Shown one piece after another: positions 12,365 to 24,929 of a DNA stretch of 64,000 nt. The number at the start of each line of letters is the position of its first letter. Position 1 is the stretch's first letter. Below the pieces are notes generated by a model. The model saw only the letters and a list, made by a program, of their open reading frames with translations. It was not told the origin of the DNA and made no database searches. The stretch covers positions 62,001-126,000 of the forward strand of contig JBPGPT010000010.1 of assembly GCA_051047955.1 (NCBI GenBank). The letters run 5' to 3'. The stretch comes from Cystobasidiomycetes sp. EMM_F5. Its lineage: Eukaryota. The position numbers and the translations under genes are program-made.

Positions 12365-13022
12365 ATGACGCGACCACTGACCAAGGCGGAAGAGGCCGCT
12401 CAAGATGTTCGTTTCCCTCGCATCCGGCCTCGCACAATTCCCGCTAATTTCAAATTGCACGACTCGACAGCGGGTTGCCGAGGTCGACGTTTTGCCTGGT
12501 TATCATGAATCGGAACTCGAAGCGGACAGACGGCACCGTCAAGATATGTTTAACGACTACGCTGTTCGTGCTCATCATCCGCTCCGCGAGATTGTTACTC
12601 TAGTTTCCCCGACTCACGTCACGGTGCCTGTTTCAGCGTCGTACCAAATTGCTCGAACAGCAACATACCGGATCATCTAAGCATCATGGACCTCCAGGAA
12701 AGTACGCTTGCGAGTCTACTATACGCTTGAGAGCTAATCTAACACGTACAACCTTGCCGGCAGCATCATAAGTGATGCCATACGCGCTAGTGTCAAGATT
12801 CGCAACAAGATAGGCGGTAAAGGAAAACAACGAGCTAACTCAGTGACAATCGAGGAGCAGCCTACTTCGCCCTTCAAGTCGCAATCTATTCACGCGTACT
12901 GGAGCCGGCCGCCGCCTTTCAAGGATCAGACAGAGGAGCATACGGCCGCCATTGCAGTAGAGCGCACAGACTCGCAAGTAGACTCAGCGCCCGTCGAAGC
13001 ACCACACGATCGCTCGGAATGA
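12365..13022 (+). CDS. Small 4-exon hypothetical protein (~150 aa)
   Basis: In-frame splicing via GTTCGT/GTACGC donors and CAG acceptors: MTRPLTKAEEAAQD|RVAEVDVLPGY..NDYA|RRTKLLEQQH..GN|IISDAIRASVKIRNK..HDRSE*. Confidence 0.55.
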
Positions 13023-13267
13023 TACGCCTGGGTGCAAAGAAGGACTCAAGCACAAACATGGATTCGCCAGTTAGCGTTCAATCAGCAGTACAGGGAAGTA
13101 TTGACATGATCGTCGTAGTTGACAGGCATGCGCAATGCAAGATTGTTGTTTATAGTAAGCCTTGACTTTGTGCGATACTAAATCTGTAGCATTCATCGCC
13201 TAGTGCGACGCGTTTAGCGCATCTGGCAATGCGTGGTCGTGTCCTTTCTTCATCCTGGGCAGAAAGC

Positions 13268-14196
13268 TTAGATGAATCTGACATCGACTTCCTCCTGCTT
13301 AGCTGACCAACATGCTGAATCATGAAGGTTTCGCTTTTTGGATACTGGACGATCGCGAATTCGTATAATAGTGCAACGCTGCTTGCGCATTACCCGCTGC
13401 CAAAGGCTGATATACGTATAACCTTCGTCATAACTTGCTACTTGGCGGACGATAAGTATCCGCTTTTGTGTGGCTTCCGACAGCGTATAGCTTTCCAGAA
13501 TCTCGGTCGAGAAACTGACAGTCAAGGACTAGTGAGCGCGTCAGCCATGTCACAGAAGATGATTGGTAGTCTTAGTCAAGATACGTACCGGACATGCGGG
13601 CTCCCAAGGACAAGAGACTCGATATGATTCTGGGGAGACCGGGAGATCAGTCAGTTTCTTCGAAGTGCGATAAGATTTAGTGGGATGTGTACTTGATCTT
13701 CGCGCCGCAGGGAATACCTTGGAGAAATGAGACGTTGTAGTTGACAGATACGCCTGTTGTACCCCAAGCTGTGCCGTCCGTGACGATCATCAAAGGCATG
13801 GATGACACGCTTTGCGGAAGTAAAAGATTAGGAGTGTCCAGAGCAGCACAGGAGGTATCACTGACGTATCGAGAAGAAAGCCAGTACACCCTCCGTGCAT
13901 GCTGCCCCCTGGATTGCACATCTCCTCGGTAACGTCCAAGTGTATCTCGACTGTCGCCCTCGCTTTCCCCTTCGCCGGCTTGAGGCAACCGTCTGTTGAT
14001 ACTTCAACATTGGTCGCAGTCACTCTAGCGATGGATAGCTTCTTGATGAGCCATCCGTTGTATGTGGTGCCAAGCAGATCCAGAGTATTCTAGTTTTGAT
14101 GGGCTAAAAGTGAGCTGCAAGTCGGTCGCGAGTCATTCTAGGCCTATAGCACACCTGAATCTGCTGTTTCCCTATCAGCTCAGCTTCTGAAGGCAT
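13268..14196 (-). CDS. Hotdog-fold PaaI/4HBT thioesterase (ACOT13/THEM2-like)
   Basis: VTEEMCNPGGSMHGGCTGFLLDT, GVSVNYNVSFL, and a C-terminal GQHTK-like segment; multi-exon. Confidence 0.88.
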
Positions 14197-14797
14197 TGTC
14201 AGAGTTCTGTTTCGCGTAAAGTGTCGGCCACCGATTCGGCACAACGCAGACGTGTTTGCCGGAGCGAACAGTCGAAGAGGACAAGCGGTTTGCACTCGCA
14301 ACTCGTGAACCGCTTGCGCAGACAGCTAATGATTACACCCTGCACGGCAGACATTCACAGCGTTATTCATTTGTAAATGCTTCTTGGACTAATTGCTGCG
14401 CGATGTTTGTTTATCGTGTAACCGTCGAGCAAACTACAGAGAGCGAGCATTTGCTCTTAGCCAGGCCCGACTGACACGATTCACGTCAAAGACCATTCAA
14501 GGCTGTCCGTGTTTGCCATGAAGTGCACCAAAAGCTATTGTTTATCGCTTTTTCAGGCTGCAAATCTCAGACAGCCCCGCCAACTTTGGTGAGGTATGCT
14601 ACGTGCGCACTGAAAGAGGGCAGGTCGACTGTGCCCAAACGACCAGCCATGGGCAAGGTGATGAAGTCTGCTAGACGCGGCCAGCCATCGATTCACAACA
14701 GATGAACCAAGAAACCTCTGTCCTAGAGCGCGACTGATATTGGCCATATTCCGCGACGCAATATAGCAACCCAAGCGAAGCGACTCTGGCTGCAACG

Positions 14798-17700
14798 ATG
14801 CTCCATCAATCAACGTCTGGCTTCACGCCCCGCCCTCGCCCGCCCAGATCAAGGTCTCATCAGCAGACGTTGAACAGCGCGCCGCCAGTCACTTTGCACG
14901 GGGCAAACAAGGATATTTCAGAGATGGTCAGACAGAGCATTCTTGAAAGTAGGGACGTAGGCATCGTAGCACTGGACACTCCGCAGTATACGCCGCCCCT
15001 TGGACAGCTGGAACAGCCAGCCCTAAGCTCGAGCACCAGCCAAAAGATCGGCAAAGAAGTCATGTTGCCCTCGGGTGACAGCAACACTTCGCTACCACGC
15101 TCGTCCAGCCAGCGTAGTATACGATCACCTGAAGAGCTGGAAGAGCTACTATACCAAGCTCACAGAATCATCCAAGACCGCGAACGAGGTGAGTTTGCAG
15201 TCGAGCCGAAACGTCACGTGCGATTGATTCTGATTCCACACATCATCTGCAGACCTGACACTGGCAGCCTCCATTGGCAAGTCCTTGCTCGATAACAACA
15301 CTGCATTACGTGCCAAGCAGGATGCACTGCTCCAACGAGTTCGACGAACATCCATATCGACCCAGGCTAATCAGGATCTGTTTGATGCATACGCCGAAGC
15401 GAGAGCCGAGTTTATCGAAGGACGTCCGCCTAAGAGTCCACGCACCTCGATGGTGACTGCCTCTCCGTCCATGCACGGAAGAAGCTGGTCGAATGCATCG
15501 CAGCCTGCCTCTCAGCATGGTAGTCCCGTGCGACGCAAGATACTGTCGCCTACAAACTCTCCTAGAACAACCAGATCTTTCGTTTTTCGTCAATCTGGAC
15601 ACTTCCAACATTCTCGCGATGGCGGATCTCTTGACTCTGCGGCATCGTCAATGTATGATGCGCCAAGCTTGCGACAATCTTCCCGTTCTTCAGCGGAACG
15701 CAACGAATTGCGATTCTCTCAGCCAGCTAAGACACTGAATCTCCAGCAGCAGGCGGCTCTTTATATGCAGAATGCAGAACTGGAGGACAAACTTACGGAA
15801 TTGGAGAATGAGCTCAGTCGGGCAAATGTAGCGGGAAAGAAGAAGTTGCGAAAGCTCAACAAGGAGCTCTTAGGCTTGCGTAGAGAACTTGATGACGCGC
15901 ATCTACACAACATCGAGCTCGAACAGCACCTGCATGCCGGCAATGGCCATACGACAGTACACGAACGACAGAAATGGAGCGTAGACCAACACAGCAAGGA
16001 CAGCCGTGATAGTGCAGTGTTCGACGACTCCATCCGCGATAGTATTCACGACACAGCTGCAGTGCCCCCGGACAATGATACTGACAGTCCAGAGCCGACA
16101 CATCACGAAGGCGGTAACGCAAGTATGATCTCAGACTTGACAGAGTGCAGCTCTAGCAATAGCGTTTCATCCCAGACTCACAGCGGGCCAGAACTCGCGG
16201 CGTTGTTGGCCAAGGTCGAGGAGCTTCAGCAAGCCAATGCTGAGATGACTGCGGCACGGGCAACTGCGGAAGCAAGACTAAGCGAGGCTGCCCAGCAATT
16301 CGACGAGATGAAGCGAAAATATCAGTTCCTCGAAGACCGAGTGATTGAGGCTGAGATGCGAAGTCATATGGTCATCGGCTGGGAGAGTAGGCGACCTGCC
16401 ATCGAATGGCATCCCGAAGGCCAAACTGTGAGCTGGGTACATTTTGTCTTAGCGTCATTGTCACTGATGTAGTTCGACAGGACGGATTGGGCGAAAGTAC
16501 ATCTACCGTAACTTCTTTACCTCGTCGAGCGCTAGGTAACCGAGCTCTTGTCGAGCGTCATCGCCGTTTCTCTAGTCTATATGGAGCACCTCATATCGTA
16601 GAGACGGGTAGACTGTCAGCTGCGCAGCTTGCAGCTCACGACGGGTCGTGCCATCAAACACCCTTAAACACGGTACATACGCCGGAGAAGCGCTCTCAGT
16701 CGGTGTCTAGATCATATGGCGAACCTCAGTTAACTTCGCCTACAGCATCATCGAAAGCTTCCGCCCGGAAGTCGGGTAGCACCTTTCATGATGACTGGTC
16801 GCCAAAAAGTCATCCGGGCAATGTACTGGATGCCTTAAGGCGAGTAGAGGAGGACGCAGCGGCCATGCGAGAATTGGGAAAGATGCAGGCAAAGGTCCGT
16901 GATACTAGCGAGGCTAGCTTGAATAACGTCGAGTCTGTGGAATGGAATTGCGTTCAACCGCAACGCTCCCGCTCCGCTTCGGCAACGCCTTCGCAACCCA
17001 CCGACGCACATCCAACCTCGCCCACGAGCCCGGGAAGTCTTCTCCGTAAACTTCAGTGTGTCGCAAGCGAACTGCAGTGCGTACCTACTCAAAGAGATTA
17101 CGGCGCTGGAGACTATAGCGCCGCTTCTTCCCTTGCAACTATCGGCCAGCGTTCGCATGATGCGGCGCGGGCTGCACAGCAGATTGTGGCTGCCATGATG
17201 GCGCTCCAGCTGCATAAGTCCGCTGAAGCGCCACAGGACGCTCTCCTGCCGCCAGGACCACCCAGTGCCGAGGCGTACGAGTTGCTGGAGCAAGCGCTTA
17301 CGGATCTCCCGGTGGAATGGGCGGATGACGACATACGTCTCATTCGGCAAAGCCTCCTGCGCGACATCGAGGCCGGAGAGTCTGGCGATCGTAGGCAGAC
17401 TCAAGGAGGTCTTGCATGGGCCTACGTCGATACTGAAGAGGACAACGACAAAAACGATCCATGGAAAGACGAAGGAAAGGGCAGGCCTGCTTTGGAGAAC
17501 GAGAAAATTGCGAATGAGCGGGAATTAGCGGAAGCTCGTGCCGCGAGAAGACAGCGCAGGCTTGCTGAATTGGCATCTGAACTATTGCAAGAGGAGGGTC
17601 CTGAGTATGCTTCGTCATTCGTACGCGATGTGCCACTCCAGCTACTGCGTTTTGGTTCAATGGATGCTAGCGAGGACAATTCCGCCGAACTTGCAGCTCA

Positions 17701-17998
17701 ACAAGATGACGCGCTCGCGATGGAATATGACAACATTGACGCAGAATGCGCACAAGGAGCTTCCGGTACAGACTACTGGCCAGTCACGCGCAGAGCTCGC
17801 TACATGCCATCCGTAGTCGCAGTGCGTGCACGAACCGCTTCAGCAGACTATGTCAATTCTTGGCTACTTTGGTCGCGCTTCCTCACCGCGCTTACTGTAG
17901 CTGTTGCAGTCAGCGTATGGCGAGGTCCCGAAGTCGGGCTTGGTCTTCCTGCTCGGCGCCATGCTGGTCGGCAGTTCCCTCGCCAGCGACGTCCATAA
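14798..17998 (+). CDS. Large coiled-coil protein with CC1-box-like motif and C-terminal transmembrane anchor
   Basis: 3 exons (introns 15189-15252 and about 16428-16480). Spliced ERDLTLAASIGKSLLDNN; heptad segments; C-terminal WLLWSRFLTALTVAVAVSVW followed by a 25-aa tail. Confidence 0.75.
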
Positions 17999-18208
17999 TG
18001 GACTGCAGATATGTGATATGTGCTAATCTTAACATGACCGTCATCGATATGCTATCTAGGGTTTACTGGTTCCACAGACTGCGAAATTGTATGATAGGCT
18101 ATTCAGAAATGACGAAATGGTAATTGCCCAAGCGAAAAGCTCTGTCTGATTGCTATCATGGTACAACGACAATACTATACTTAGGTCCCTCACCCTCGCA
18201 AGGTAATT

Positions 18209-20041
18209 CTACGACTGAGCAGCCAAAATCATTTCCACTTGGCCTTTCGTACTGGCTAGCGCGTCCTGCAACCTAAGCTCCAATGTTACCTTTTGTCTAA
18301 TCTTGCCGAACATTGCGTCTATTGCGACGCTCTGGCCTAAAGCAGGTTGGTACATTTCCATGATGACGTTGAGGACATTGCAAGTCAGGGTGTTGAAAGT
18401 TGGGTCTGCGATGAACCTGTGGAGGAACTTGAGGATAGGCATCAAGGCGACTTCGTTCCTAGCATTTAAAGCGATATGCAAACCGTCCCTATGCATGAGC
18501 TCGTTGATGAGCGCAAAAACTGGGGCTGGATCGTTTGTATGCAGGACGGCGTCTAGAGCATCTCCATAGCGGAAATATTTGAGCATCCGGTCCCATTCTG
18601 ATAGCCTCTTCTTCGACTTTTTGGCAACAACCTTGATTTCACCATTTGGTAAGCGCTTGCTTTCTGTATCGTTTGCCGCTACGCCTGTGTCATGCACAGT
18701 AATCGCATTTGCCGCAGCGATGACTGCAGCAGCAGCAGTCTCGGCACCACTGACCCGGCCAGACTTTGCAGCCGCTTGTTCAGTAGCTGACAGTTCCCTT
18801 TGACGGACCGTCAACTCGCCAGTCGATGATCCGACAAGCAAAGTCCCTTCATCGGGAGCCATGGCTAAGCTGAGCACGCTGCCAGACACTCGCATCGTCT
18901 TGCCAACTCGATAATCGTCATTGAGATCGTAACTCTTTACGAGGCCATCGAGACCAGCTGATAGCAGCCGCGTTTTGCTGTGTCCGGTGTACGTCTTTCC
19001 ATCGCCCCACTCCAGACAAGTGACTGTCTTCTGGTGATTTGACATAGCTCTTAAACATGAACCAGTAGAAAGCAGATCCCACACCCGGATCACCGGTCCA
19101 CCGGCAGAGACGACCTGAGTCCCGCTCGGATGCACCAGGATCCGCTCGACTGGATGACCATGTCTAAATGACATGACTTCCGCAGCCATCCCGTACTCGT
19201 CGCTGCCATCAATTGGCATCCCGTCATTAATGTTGTCGGTACTGCCTCCTATCCGTGTGTCCCATACTTTGATAGTGCCATCATACGATCCGGAAACAAT
19301 GAGAGATGGATTTGAAGGGACGTAGCTGGCCGTCCGGACGTAGTCGCTATGGCCTGCCAAATATGATAACTGAGACGATGTAGCAAGGTCGTATACTTTG
19401 AGGGTTGTATCATCGGATGCGGTCAAGAAGGAAGGGCTGCTACTGCTTGCGAGAGGGGAAAATGCTGTGGTATGAACAGGTCTGAACGCAGCAGCGATGG
19501 ATTAGCTTTGACATAACATACTCCACGAACGCCATGATATACTTCTCTTGACTTACTGTTTATGCGCTCGAATGGATCGCAGGACCGCCCTAGAATTGAT
19601 ATCAAAGACCTTTTGGAGAGTGAGCTATGAGCGAACCCAAGCATATGTCTGGTCTCCTCACTTGTACCAAGCCTGAATCGTCTGCCGCTACGATTAGCTT
19701 TCCGTCATCTCGAATATGACCGCTCCTTGCGATTTCCTTGAATTTGCTAATAGTTTTGACTACTCGGTTAGTCTTGCTGGAGTATATCTGTATCCGCGTT
19801 CCAGAAGTGACAGCATAGCGGTAGGGCGATGTTTGCGAAAAGTGCAAGTTCACAATTGGAGCATACGACTTGACGAAGATGGAGGACTGCCAGCCGGAAC
19901 GTCAGAGGTCTGGCAAGCAGCCACAACCTTGTATAGACGCACTCGAAAGCTCTTCCAATATCGCTCCTCGACTTTGTTTCGAGCTGAAAATGTCGCGCTG
20001 ACTCTGGCTCTTCTTTGCGGTTGCGTCGCCTGGAAGTCCAT
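18209..20041 (-). CDS. UTP15: U3 snoRNA-associated protein 15 (WD40 + UTP15 C domain)
   Basis: RYWKSF, YAVTSGTRIQIY, GHSDYVRT, NHQKTVTCL, WDRMLKYFRYGDALDAVL, ELMHRDGLHIAL. Confidence 0.93.
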
Positions 20042-20349
20042 CCCCGACAACCCACCGCAGATACAGGCACCAGCCTCGAGACGCTGATGATAACGCAGTA
20101 ATCAGATATTGCAGTCAAGCTTTGTGTTGGTCGCAGAATGTCGTAAAGTGCAGCTCGAATTTTCAGAGTCAAGCAAAAATCACGTGTTTATATACTCTTT
20201 GCAGAAAACAACGACGAAGCTCTCGGCTGACAGGTCGCTACATAGTCATTCGTGGAGACAGCTTCATGCGTCTAGGCATTGACATTGCTCGGACTTCGGA
20301 TGTGCAATTTCATCGCGCTCGCCCGGGCCACGGCACCGGCATATGTATG

Positions 20350-21533
20350 TCATAATCTAGCTGCTTCACGAAGAATCCTGGTCGAGTCCTGCTGTATCTC
20401 GCGCGTAATATCTGCGGCAGACTTGATGTCTTTGATGAGACCGATACCCGTGCCAGACCATATGACTGCTCTGGATGTGGCATCTCCGCCAGCTGCCGCT
20501 TCTTTGAAGCGTTTTTGGACTTCTTCCATGCTTTGCCCACTCTTCAGATCCCTGTAGCTGTTCGTAATTATTGCTCTTCCGTCGTAGACCGATGGCCAAT
20601 ATCCTGTCCCACGGACATCATCGTGCTGAGCTGACTTGACAGTCGATACACCTCCGTCGCTCGTCTCAACGTATACTTGCTTGACGCTATCCTTTATCGG
20701 GCACTCCTCACTAGCTACGTAGCGTGTGCCTAGAACAACACCATCTGCGCCCAACGTCAACGCCGCGGCGGCTCCTCGTCCGTCCATAATGCCGCCAGCG
20801 GCCAGAAGTGCGACCTGCCGGTTTGCAAACTCGGTAGCCAGCATGTCCGCTATCTCAGGGACGAGCGAGATGATTCCTGCGCCTTGAGCCCATTGGTGTC
20901 CGCCTGCATCGACACCTTGAGCGACAATGATGTCTGCTCCGTGTTTCGCAGCATCTCGGGCAGCTGCTACGTTGCCGACCTGGACTATGAGACGCAGCCC
21001 TTTGTCGAGATTTTTGATTGCTGGAATAAGCTTTGCATGCGGTGATGGGTCAGATGGAGCAAAGAGCCAAATAGCAGCAGGTTTGTGTAGTTGTATGAGT
21101 GGAGCTATCGTATTCGCGAGTTTGCTTGCAGATGCGTGGAAGGTAAGGAACCCTACACCAATAGGTAGACGCTCATCCTCTGGTATCGACAGAGCTTGTC
21201 GTGCTTTGCGCAGGTTGTCCAGAAGCGGATCCAGACTTTCCGGCTTTGAGGTGTCGAGAACGCCGGCAATGTGACCTGGATCTTTACTTTAAGCTCCTCC
21301 ACGCTGCTATCTGTACGCTGAGACTCACCCAGACCACCAGCTTTAGATACTGCTGCTGCCAGGATGCCCTACATATTTATGGTTGCCCGTATAAGCGTCT
21401 ACTCCGCGCGTACCGAGACTGAACGTCTGTTCACATCTGCGTGTCCTAGCATGGGTCCATTGGCAACAAAGGGCGTAACCGTCGTCGGAAACCATTCTTT
21501 CAGGAGCTGTCTGCCTAGCACCCGTCTTGACAT
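20350..21533 (-). CDS. Nitronate monooxygenase / 2-nitropropane dioxygenase family flavoprotein
   Basis: WFPTTVTPFVANGPML, LAAAVSKAGGLG, IVAQGVDAGGH, LAAGGIMDGRGAAAALTLGADGVVLGTRY. Confidence 0.9.
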
Positions 21534-21582
21534 TTTATTTACAAGCGACAGACTTGGTTGAAAGCCAAGGAATAAGACTCAC

Positions 21583-23375
21583 TCACGCCGAAGATGCAGC
21601 TACAAATTTGCGCATTTCTCCCGTCACTCGCTTGTCCATGCTCACGTTGTCTACCAACTCAGGCCAGCTAGCCACAGCAGTAGCGGCGTCATTCCGGATG
21701 AAATGGCCTTGTAGCGCTGCCATGCTGACAGACTGCCCGGCTTGCTTGCTCTTCTCTAGCATACTCTCCAGCTGTCTGCTGAGTTCCTGCAAATCCTCCC
21801 CTGGTAGACTGCCATTATAAAATCTTGAGAAAAGAGTACGGGCCTGGTACGCTGAAGTGTCGTCAAGGAGTTCTTTCAAGTCAACGCGTCCGGGTCTTAT
21901 CAAGGCTGGATCCAAGCGATCGATGTGATTGGTCGTCATGAAGAGTATACGCTGAGACGTCGAAGATGCAACACCGTCAAGCGCGTTCAAAAGTCCAGAA
22001 AAGGTCACGTTGCCACTAAATCTGTAACGAGATTCAGTCAAAGCAAGAACGTAAGGTATGACGAGGACATACCCATGTTCGTCGGCTTGTTGACGGCCTG
22101 AAAATGCTGCATCTATATCTTCGAGGAGGATGAAACTCCGTTCCGGTGCATTCACTAAGAGGTGGTTGAGCTTGTCATCGGTCAAGCCGCGTTCGGACAG
22201 GTTTAATACACATATGTTGTACTCTAGCGAGCCAGCCAGTGCTTGAATGAAGGATGACTTGCCAGAGCCTGGCGGACCATGTAAGAGAATGCCTCGCCGG
22301 TAAGGTATGCCTGCGAGTACAGAGACGAAGTTTAGAGAGTTTGGGCGCAACAGACTGATGCATGACTCACCTCTTTCAGCATACCATTTACCACGCTCCA
22401 TGAAATCCGTCACGTCTTTCAGTATCCGCTCCTTTACGCCTTGATCCAAAACGACGCTATCAAGCAATCGACGTGATCTCGGTTGTCCAAACGGCCGCCA
22501 TTCAGGACCCCAAGCGGTGTATATGACAATTTTCCCTTGCTGTGATTCCTTTGCTAATTCTTGTGCCTCTTCCAAGAGCTCTCTGAAGAGGCTCCTGTCT
22601 TTGGAAAGAGCAGTGAGGGTGACAGTCTCGAAAGGCGTTCCAGTCGTAAGATCCATCATCTTGCCATCTCGCTCTCGCTTTAGCTGGAACCAAGCTTTGT
22701 TGAACTTGAAGAAATGTGTGCCCGGTCCCGGAACTAGGCTGAAGCTTGTATGCGTGCTACCATCGCTTCTCTGTTCTTTCACAGTCTCAACAGCCAATTC
22801 ATGGCTTCGGATCCGGCCAGCTAAGCCAGACATGGCACTCTGCTTGGCTGAATGCGCAGACATCCATTGTAGAAACCATATGTACGATGGGTCCTTTGAT
22901 GATATTTCTAGCGAGACGAGTAATCGCCGACGACCTAGGTATGCTGCCTGAACTGCCGATTTCCGGAGGATTGCCAGAGCTGCTCCTACGCCCTTACAAA
23001 GGACAATTTCAGACACTTTATGAGGCCTCTGCTCGCGAGCTACGCACCATCAAACCGAAGCCAGCAGAGAAATATGGACTGCAGCCAAATTTAACCGCGT
23101 TAGCAATACGGCTTGACGTCAATCCGATGCGGCGCTCACTTCTGCTGCAACATGTTTGACACCGTTCCTCGAATACCTCCAGTCTGCTTCTGCTTCTCGC
23201 CATCGCTGGTAATCTCAACGGGTGACCGCCTTTCCGCATTGTTCAGATCTTCTATTGTAGTCTGACTGGTCGATGCTATTGGAGCATGGTCCCTACAAGC
23301 ATCTGGCGTATTGTCATTCGTTTGCTGTCGGGCAGATGGACTCGCAGAACGTCCAAAGCCGCCAATGGCTGGCAT
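21583..23375 (-). CDS. BCS1: Mitochondrial AAA chaperone Bcs1
   Basis: PYFSAGFGL, WGPEWRPFGQPR, Walker A HGPPGSGKSS, LLEDID, FSGLLNALDGV, FMTTNH, DPALIRPGRVD. Start codon approximate. Confidence 0.95.
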
Positions 23376-23743
23376 CACTACAGGTTGTGACAAAGTAACC
23401 CGCGAATATTGGATTTGACAATGAATCATGTGAAGCTCGATTTAGATACAACCGTCACAAAGCCTGCTGTTATAGCTAACGCTATCCAAGCAACCTGTAA
23501 ATACCTGCGATACATTCACGCTTGTGATCTCTTCCGGACCTATCTATCGTCTTCCGGCGGCTGATGTAGCGACATCGTGCCCAGAACAGCGGGACCAACA
23601 ATTATTGCGATGAAGAGATCATCATTACTTGCTGTAGTGATCTTCGTAGTATATTAAACTGGTATTGATAGACGTTGCGACGTCACATAGGTGTGCTTTG
23701 GCATCGCTGCCGAACAAGCATCTCAGCCGCGGCAAGCATGTTC

Positions 23744-24642
23744 TCATAGGTTGACAGGCCTCCTCGGCATAGGCATCGGCTGTAAATCGACATCCGGCAC
23801 CGCTGATCCGCCTAAAGGATTCGCAGGTGGCACGAAATCTGGACACCGTGAAAAGAAGGCCGCGAGCGTCCGCCGACGAATAATGCTTTCCACTGGATGT
23901 CGCAACGGAAAGACGCAGTATGTCAGTCAAGGTTCCTTCCATGCCCCTTCGATTAGATAAGGAAAGCTACCTGATAATTCGTTGTGTAATTGTTGGCGCT
24001 GTCAAAGCAGTCAGAATCAACCAAGCGGATGGCAGGGCGCGGATATGTTGTGGCTCACCTTTACTTGCTCACTAAATAAATCATCCCTAGCTGCTCGCTC
24101 AATGCGGTCCGCATTCAATCTGTCATAATCTTGTGCGCTCGATCTAGAGGATGCGGCTGAGCTCGATGCAGGCGTCACTTGTTGAAGTAGACGATCCTTT
24201 TCGACGACTTGTTCGTCGACTACGGACACGCAATATCTAACGACCGCTTCGCGACGTTTCCAGGATTCTGGAATGCATACGTCAGTCATATTAGATGTTC
24301 TGTAGGTTCCTCTCAACCAGGCGCACCGAGAATATCAGCCCAAATGTGTGTACATGTCGCTCTTTGATTCTCTTGCCGGACATCGAGCACTCCGCTTGGT
24401 AATTCGCCTTTTGCTCGTGTATCTCTTCTTTGTAGGGCGTTTTCTCGATTCAGTCTGGTTGTGATAGCATCATCTAGTGCTCTGTACCGCCTCAGAGTAT
24501 TCTTGAATAGAGAAACGTTGAAACACAGAGATGGGTTCAGCTCCGATGGCGACGCCGGTGGAATCGCAGATTCGGATGTAAGATATGCAGAACCGAGTAG
24601 GGGACTGCCATATGCACGACTCGACTGAGATGTGCTCGCCAT
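23744..24642 (-). CDS. MIX23: Mitochondrial IMS protein Mix23 / Cid2 family
   Basis: LCFNVSLFKNTLRRYRALDDAITTRLNR, WKRREAVVRYC, VESIIRRRTLAAFFSRC. Confidence 0.82.
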
Positions 24643-24929
24643 GATGTGACTGAAGTGGAAGAGTTAGTCGGTCAGCTGGAGAGACGAACAGCCACCAAAT
24701 CATGACGCGGACTCCAAAATATACGTATATTATACCAAAAGTTGCCCTATTCCTGCTTGGCCTCGATATGCCTGTTACGCGCTACCAGAGGTAAACTGAC
24801 CAGTTTAAATTGGAAAAGAGCTACATTTGCATCTCGTGCTATGTCGATACAAATGGGGGTACTGCCTCTAAGGAACGGAAAGTATCATATATCTATCCAC
24901 TCGACCAATCCCGGGCTTGCGTAATTGCA

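Noticed and set aside
21583..23016. Apparent peptide insertions in BCS1 (also ALE1, RSE1, NVJ2, permease ORFs)
   Set aside because: They are stop-free 3n introns with GT..AG ends; their number looks compatible with chance.
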